A stretch of DNA of 64,000 nucleotides from a virus. Its lineage: Duplodnaviria; Caudoviricetes. The position numbers were made by a program, and so were the translations under genes. The notes under the pieces were generated by a model. The model had not been told where the DNA came from. It saw only the letters and a program-made list of their open reading frames with translations, and did not search any database. Shown piece by piece: positions 58,669 to 64,000 of the stretch; the stretch's first letter is position 1; each line of letters begins with the position of its first letter. The DNA lies in IMG/VR virus record IMGVR_UViG_2791355118_000001, positions 11,865 through 75,864 of that record; one strand, given 5' to 3'.

Positions 58669-58795
58669 ATGAGCGCGCGGGCTTTGAAATTTCTGGACCG
58701 ATGGATGGCAGAACATCTGCCAAAGGTGAGCACCGACGACTCAGGAACCATTGCCGATCTCGTCGTTGAACTCCTGGCTTCTGCCGGCCGGCTGA
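58669..58795 (+). pseudogene. Second DUF768-family gene, 3' truncated
   Basis: MSARALKFLDRWMAEHLP...; similarity to the 57441 copy stops where the dispersed repeat begins. Confidence 0.6.
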
Positions 58796-58801
58796 GACTC
58801 A

Positions 58802-59092
58802 ACAGATGCCTGCCACCCCAGGCAACGGGATGACGGGCATCTATCCACTCTCTCATGCCGCCGAACGAAGGGACACATGTTCGCCGGCTCTATCAAATGT
58901 ATGCAGTGGGATGTAGGTTTCGGGACAGGGACCAAAGCGTCATTCTCTACGACTTCTGTCTGAATTGGGAACATCCCGACGGGATGCGAATATGGCCTCG
59001 GCGGCACGGGTAGTTCCGGCATTCTATCCGAGCCGCCTGAAAGGCAAAGCATGGAGCCCGCTCGCACTCCTTCTCTCACGAGCGGGCTCTTG
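58802..59092. repeat. Dispersed structured repeat, copy 1 (~290 bp)
   Basis: Shares acagatgcc..gggcatctatccactctctcatgccg..tcgccggc.ctatcaaatg..gggaccaaagcg..ggagcccg..cgagcgggctcttg with 63324-63615. Confidence 0.75.
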
Positions 59093-59111
59093 CCCGCCGC
59101 GCTGAGGACCT

Positions 59112-59519
59112 TTACGTCACGCTCCGCTTGGTTGCCTTCTTCGCCGGCTTAGCTGCAGCCTTCCGCTGAAAGCCAAACCCCTTCGCCAACGCCGATCGCC
59201 GCTCCGCATAGTTCGGCGCCACCATCGGATGGTCTGCCGGCAGGTTCCATTTCGCGCGATACTGCTTTGGTGTAAGACCGTGATCGGTCATCAGGTGCCG
59301 CTTGAGCGACTTGAACTCCTTGCCGTCCTCCAGGCAGATGATGTGATCGGGGAAGATCGAGCGCTCCGGGTCGACGGCAGGCTCCTGCTTTGGCAGCAGG
59401 GCTGCGCCAGTGAGCGAGTAATACACCGACGCGATCAAATCCGCCAAGTCGGTTACCGAGACGAGATTATTGCTAACATAAGCGGAGACGATGTCGGCGG
59501 TGAGGTCCACTAGTGACAT
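59112..59519 (-). CDS. mucR: Ros/MucR-family transcriptional regulator
   Basis: [13 protein letters not shown]...[16 protein letters not shown]...YRAKWNLP...PMVAPNYA. Confidence 0.92.
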   Translation of the reverse strand: MSLVDLTADIVSAYVSNNLVSVTDLADLIASVYYSLTGAALLPKQEPAVDPERSIFPDHIICLEDGKEFKSLKRHLMTDHGLTPKQYRAKWNLPADHPMVAPNYAERRSALAKGFGFQRKAAAKPAKKATKRSVT

Positions 59520-59616
59520 GCGAAATCTCTTTTGTCTGACAAAGCTCTCTATTTGAGCGCATCTGCTAATAAAATGAAATCCAGCCAAAAGGCCGAGCTC
59601 GCCTTGCATCGCAGCA

Positions 59617-59852
59617 TGATGGCTGGACTCAAGAGCTTATCGACGCTGGCATGTCACGGGCGGCTGCCTGGATTGCCATCGTCATCAAAAGCTCGATCTG
59701 CCGGCGCTCCGCGACCGCTTCGGCGCTATGCTCCGGCGATGGAGTGGGACCTCAAGCCGAAGATGAAATGCGCCGTCTGTGGCGGCAAGCGGATCACGCT
59801 GGCCTATTCGCCTGACACCCGCCCGAAAGACCTTCACCGCAAAGGAGTGTGA
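59617..59852 (+). pseudogene. Degenerate small zinc-ribbon gene
   Basis: C-terminal PAMEWDLKPKMKCAVCGGKRITLAYSP; the N-terminal CxxC...KLDLPAL part is in a different frame. Confidence 0.4.
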
Positions 59853-60294
59853 GGTTTCTAGGGCGTGCGTTTCGGATCCCAGACCCATGGCAGCTGCTGC
59901 ATGTCACCGTCACCCCAGAGCATCCCTGGCGATGTGTCCCGGCCGGGCAGCACGTGCCGGTAGACTGCTCCCATTTGTTGCACATGAATACCCTGCCACT
60001 TCCCTGGCATGCAGCGCATGTGTTTTTCCTGAAGTCCGCCATCTCGCTTCGCTCACCCCGATCGCCGTCTTAGCGAGAGCTAAAGTGCTGATCAAGGGCT
60101 GTCATTGAGAGCGAAATTCTCAGAGACGTGCCTATCTCCAGGGTTTCCGCAGCCTCACGCCAGCGCCGCCGCCGTTGTCCGGGATAAACTCGACGCCCGC
60201 CGGGCGCGGCAACCCCGCGTTTGTGGCGCACAACCAGCTTCCAGCATACAATGACGCCACACACCTGAACTCTCCAAGTTGGGGTTCTCTTTTG

Positions 60295-60323
60295 GCCCGG
60301 CTGCTTCGGTGGCCGGGCTTTTT
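60295..60323 (+). terminator. Intrinsic terminator
   Basis: gcccggctgc-ttcg-gtggccgggc-ttttt. Confidence 0.7.
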
Positions 60324-60406
60324 AGCAATCGCGAATGTGTGATGTGCATTTGAACCGGATCGCGAGTTAGAGTGACCTGCGTCACCTAAATTACTCCATG
60401 GATCCG

Positions 60407-60440
60407 GCCCGGAGGCTTCGGCTTCCGGGTCTTTCTGTTT
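60407..60440 (+). terminator. Intrinsic terminator
   Basis: gcccggaggc-ttcg-gcttccgggt-ctttctgttt. Confidence 0.6.
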
Positions 60441-60506
60441 GCCATCCCGTCCTGCCCATATTTGTGACTGGACGGAGCGCTGGAAGCCCGTTCACGTTAT
60501 AGGCCT

Positions 60507-60800
60507 ATGGAATCCCCACCTCCAGACGGTCCCCGTCGAGAACATCGCCCGCGCGTGTTGAAGGGCGCAACGATTATCACTGGTTTCCAAAACTCGGAAA
60601 TCAGTTGTTCTCTACGCAATCAGCACTCCCAAGGAGCCGAACTGAGGTTGGCCGCAGACATTCAGATTCCAGCACGCTTTGTGCTCTACGTTCCCGTCGA
60701 CGAGATCGCTTACAAAGCTGTCGTTCGATGGCGAAGGAATGACCGCGTAGGCGTCGAATTCGAGGGTACCGAGCCAAAGCCGAAGTTCCATTACGGTTGA
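60507..60800 (+). CDS. PilZ-domain protein
   Basis: RREHR (RxxxR), NQHSQGA variant of the D/NxSxxG motif, VRWRR...GVEF. Confidence 0.8.
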   Translation: MESPPPDGPRREHRPRVLKGATIITGFQNSEISCSLRNQHSQGAELRLAADIQIPARFVLYVPVDEIAYKAVVRWRRNDRVGVEFEGTEPKPKFHYG

Positions 60801-60870
60801 ATGCCGCAAGGGACTTAGAGGGCAACCAACGGATAGGAGTGAACGTCCGAGGTGATGATTGGAGGGCGGG

Positions 60871-61164
60871 TCAGGCGTTACCTTCGACCGCACTCTCGTC
60901 GTCCAGCGCGTAGGGCACCGGCAGGTAGGCGTTAGCCATCAGCCATTCACCGACGATCGTTCTGACCAGCTCCGGCTTGGATAGCCCCATTTCCGCGGCG
61001 GCCAGGCCTGCCAACGCTTCCTCGACCTTCGGATGGACGAGCCCCGTCACATTCCTCAACATTAGGGCGGCCCTGCGGAGCATCACCTGAAGGTCGGCTC
61101 TCGAGATCTCTGCAATCTGATCGGCTGCCTCTTCCAGGTCGGTTGCTATCGTCTCACGTATCAT
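60871..61164 (-). CDS. Hypothetical protein with ribbon-helix-helix-like C-terminus
   Basis: GLSKPELVRTIVGEWL. Confidence 0.65.
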   Translation of the reverse strand: MIRETIATDLEEAADQIAEISRADLQVMLRRAALMLRNVTGLVHPKVEEALAGLAAAEMGLSKPELVRTIVGEWLMANAYLPVPYALDDESAVEGNA

Positions 61165-61415
61165 GATGTGCCTCTGCTACAGGTAGCGTTCCCCCTCCCC
61201 ACGGTGCTCAAAGCAAAACCAGTGAGATGGCTTCCTCGGGCGAGCAAAGCCCCAGCCCGCGTCTTTCGCACAACCCTTGTGCTCGCAGGCGTGGCCGAGA
61301 GGCCCGCGCTCGCGCGTTTGCACAGGCTCACCAGGGCGTGTCGGCTCGTCGCTCATGACGAAAAGATTTCATATGCCCGCTTGACGTTCAAGTTTTTTGT
61401 TCTTTTTCTGTTCTC

Positions 61416-61709
61416 ATGGCGCATGAGATGATCGACACGCTGGGCAAGGCGACCCGGCACAACATGCTTTTGAAGCTGGAGTGCGCCTGCGGGAACGTGC
61501 GCTACTGCCGGTCGGCTGACCTCATGATGGTCTACGGCGGGGGCGCCAATCCCTTCCGCCTGAGGTTCGACTGCAGCCGCTGCAAGCCGGAGATCAAGGT
61601 GACGCTCGTCGAGGTTCACCCCGAGCATCTGCCGAGGAAGCTTGTGATCCACAAGCCCATGAAGGTCGACGGCAAGATCGTCTGGCACACGGAAAGGTTC
61701 CGGCCCTGA
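61416..61709 (+). CDS. Hypothetical zinc-binding protein
   Basis: CACG...CSRC; TTGACG-type -35 element upstream. Confidence 0.7.
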   Translation: MAHEMIDTLGKATRHNMLLKLECACGNVRYCRSADLMMVYGGGANPFRLRFDCSRCKPEIKVTLVEVHPEHLPRKLVIHKPMKVDGKIVWHTERFRP

Positions 61710-62031
61710 GCAGCGCTGGTGCGTCGTTGCTCACATTTGTTGCATTGCTCTGGAACAAGAAGACGACCGCCGAGCGGGGCGGGGGACCTGGGTGTGTCGA
61801 CGGTCGTCGGAGGACAGGGGGCCATAGAGTCAGCAAACTGCGTTGCGATCGGCCCTGGCTCAACATGTCATTGATTCAACCCGCATAAAATAACAAATGT
61901 TGTGGTTCTCTCCAAAGCCTGTCGACACACGGCGGACTTTACCCGACGCCCCCTTCTCGCGAGCGGCGGTATCTCAACAGCCGGCGTTGAAAGAGCGCCG
62001 CCCCTCTCACACGGCTCCACCCGACATACCT

Positions 62032-62274
62032 TCAACCCTGAGGCGCCTCATTGCTTCCCGACCTTAGAGGAGATCTTCTCGCACCTTTTTCTCGCGAGTG
62101 GCGGCAATATCTAAGCGCGGCCCTAAATGCCGCGGCTGCCAAGTCGCATTTGCGCTTGGATGGACCATTGCTCTGAATGACAATTTCAGCCTGCCTGGTT
62201 GTCAAACCGTGCTTTGCCGCGAACTCGTCTGGGTCGTAGGTGTCCGTCCAGCGCGACCGCTTCACACCTTGCAT
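62032..62274 (-). CDS. Hypothetical protein
   Basis: SD GGAGG; YDPDEFAAKHGLT...SNGPSK. Confidence 0.55.
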   Translation of the reverse strand: MQGVKRSRWTDTYDPDEFAAKHGLTTRQAEIVIQSNGPSKRKCDLAAAAFRAALRYCRHSREKGARRSPLRSGSNEAPQG

Positions 62275-62878
62275 CTTACCTCCGCGGTAACGAAATCGTG
62301 AGAAGCAAACGCGGGGCCGTTCATAAGGTTTCAGATGAATGTCGGAAGCCTCAACTCGGCTGGGCACCAGAGCCGGCTTTCTCCTCGGCGGCTTATAGGG
62401 TGGTCACCACGCTCTTGGTCTCTTTTCGTTCTGCACTCTCGAATGGCGGGCAACTTACATAGCCAGGGCTATGGCCTCGGCTAGAACCCTGCCGCGCTCA
62501 CGGGCCTGGAGGCTGTAGAACGGCCCGGCAGCCATCTTGCTTCGGGGTGAAGTGGTGACGCACCGCCGGGCCGAGGTGGTCCGGAAGTGGGTAGCCAAAA
62601 CCCCGGACGGCGCTAACGATAGCGTCATGGCGGGCGATAGCAATTGTTGTTTTGGTGAGCGTCAAATCAAGGACCAAAGCGCGTCGCCTGAGTCCGCTCC
62701 TCGGGACGCGCCGCACAAACTGGCGTTTCTACCCACCGGCTTGATACTGTGGTATGTAGATGCCGCAACTCCATTGGTGGGACCACGGATATTCCGCTCT
62801 ACCGTGCAGGCCGCCCCAGCGCAGCTGGCGTGGTGCGGATCGTCCGGCGCAAATGACGATCGATCAGGGAGGACTGCC

Positions 62879-63259
62879 ATGCGCGCAATCGCAATTTTCA
62901 TCGCCTCGTCGGCCACGATCTTCCTTGCAAGCCCATCGCGGGCGCAGGATGCCGCCGCAGGCGAGAAGGTCTTCACCAAGTGCAAGGTCTGCCACATTGC
63001 CGACCAGGACCAGAACAAGGTCGGCCCGTCTCTGCACGGCGTCATCGGGCGCACCGCGGGCACGCATCCCGGTTTCACTTATTCCATGGCCATGACCGAG
63101 GCCGGAAAATCCGGCATCAAATGGGATGAGCCTACGCTGACGAAGTATCTTCAGGACCCGAGGGGGATGGTCAAGGGGACGAAGATGGCGTTTCCCGGCC
63201 TCAAGAACGATCAGGACGTAGCCAACGTCATCGCTTACCTGAAACAGTTTTCCAAGTAA
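62879..63259 (+). CDS. Cytochrome c2-family protein
   Basis: Signal peptide, CKVCH, GPSLHGVIGR, GTKMAFPG. Confidence 0.93.
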   Translation: MRAIAIFIASSATIFLASPSRAQDAAAGEKVFTKCKVCHIADQDQNKVGPSLHGVIGRTAGTHPGFTYSMAMTEAGKSGIKWDEPTLTKYLQDPRGMVKGTKMAFPGLKNDQDVANVIAYLKQFSK

Positions 63260-63323
63260 GCGGGCCCTTCCAGGCGCCCTGTCGGCGGCAGCGTCGCGGG
63301 ACGGCGGCTTGGCGGGTTAGATA

Positions 63324-63615
63324 GACAGATGCCCGCCACTCCTGGCAGAAACGGCGGGCATCTATCCACTCTCTCATGCCGACGATGAAGGGGACATTGC
63401 TCGCCGGCCCTATCAAATGATGCAGAGAACGCGAAGGTTTCAGGGTTGGGACCAAAGCGGCAGCTCCTCCGACTTCGGTCGCAATCTGGCGGAAGGGAAC
63501 ATTCGATCAACCATCCCGTTGGGTGTCGCGGCGTGTGTCCCGGCCAAGGTTCACCGCGCCGCGCGGGGGCATTCCCCGGAGCCCGTTCGACCTCCCTCAG
63601 GCGAGCGGGCTCTTG
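63324..63615. repeat. Dispersed structured repeat, copy 2
   Basis: Aligns by eye with 58802-59092; contains GGAAC-N16-CGTT at 63496-63520. Confidence 0.75.
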
Positions 63616-63635
63616 TTTGAGACGGAGATAGGGCA

Positions 63636-63818
63636 GTGAAGGACGGCGACGGCAAGCCGAACGGGTCGCGCACGGACAAAAATACCCGCCTTTTGGCAGC
63701 GCGGTTGGCAAAAGAGACTAGCCTATCCGAGGAGGAGGCGCGGGAGCTGATCCGGCTGATCGGCACGGATTGGAATTCGCTGGTGCGGGAAGCGAAATTT
63801 CTCAAGCGCCGCCATTGA
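63636..63818 (+). CDS. Small hypothetical protein
   Basis: GTG start with GGAG; LAKETSLSEEEARELIRLIG.DWNSL.REA. Confidence 0.65.
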   Translation: MKDGDGKPNGSRTDKNTRLLAARLAKETSLSEEEARELIRLIGTDWNSLVREAKFLKRRH

Positions 63819-64000
63819 GGCGCCTGGCAGGGAGACCGAGCTTACGGTTTGGGTTTCCTATCCACCGTGGCAAACAGCGCCGCCTCGTCTGTCGCCCCGT
63901 TCTGGAAGGCCGTGATCAACAGGCTGCCCAGCCATTCCCTTTCGGCGGCGTCCGCACCTGCGGGTAATAGCTTCTGGAGCACTCTTTCAAGCATCGCCAT

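Noticed and set aside
1-64000. tRNA, rRNA, integrase, IS transposase or att site
   Set aside because: None recognised by eye; the prophage's right boundary therefore remains undefined.

Overview
Positions ~1-54,620 are the right-hand part of a temperate myovirus-type prophage in a high-GC alphaproteobacterium. A Rhizobiales host such as Mesorhizobium is inferred from MucR, an HWE kinase, DUF768 and EcfG-type promoters. No integrase, repressor or att site is in the window. Gene order: the 3' end of a replication gene and early/middle genes (1-4 kb); a leftward accessory region built from repeated promoter/operator + 'CCCTACCACGGAG' ribosome-binding cassettes, interrupted by host-like morons (4-18.8 kb); a methyltransferase-like/ParB pair directly ahead of the terminases; head genes (DUF1073 portal, MuF-like, NUDIX-DUF2213, DUF2184 capsid); contractile tail and baseplate; two tail fibres; and a lysis cassette. 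After that come a DUF5131/TcmP pair and a stress-gene-rich accessory stretch (DUF768, frameshifted ATP-dependent ligase, MucR, PilZ, cytochrome c). The most unusual feature is a LAGLIDADG homing-endonuclease gene with its own Shine-Dalgarno, nested in the -1 frame inside a ParB gene whose own frame stays open across ~550 nt, with no intein or intron signature. Family assignments come from motif recognition by eye, not from database searches.
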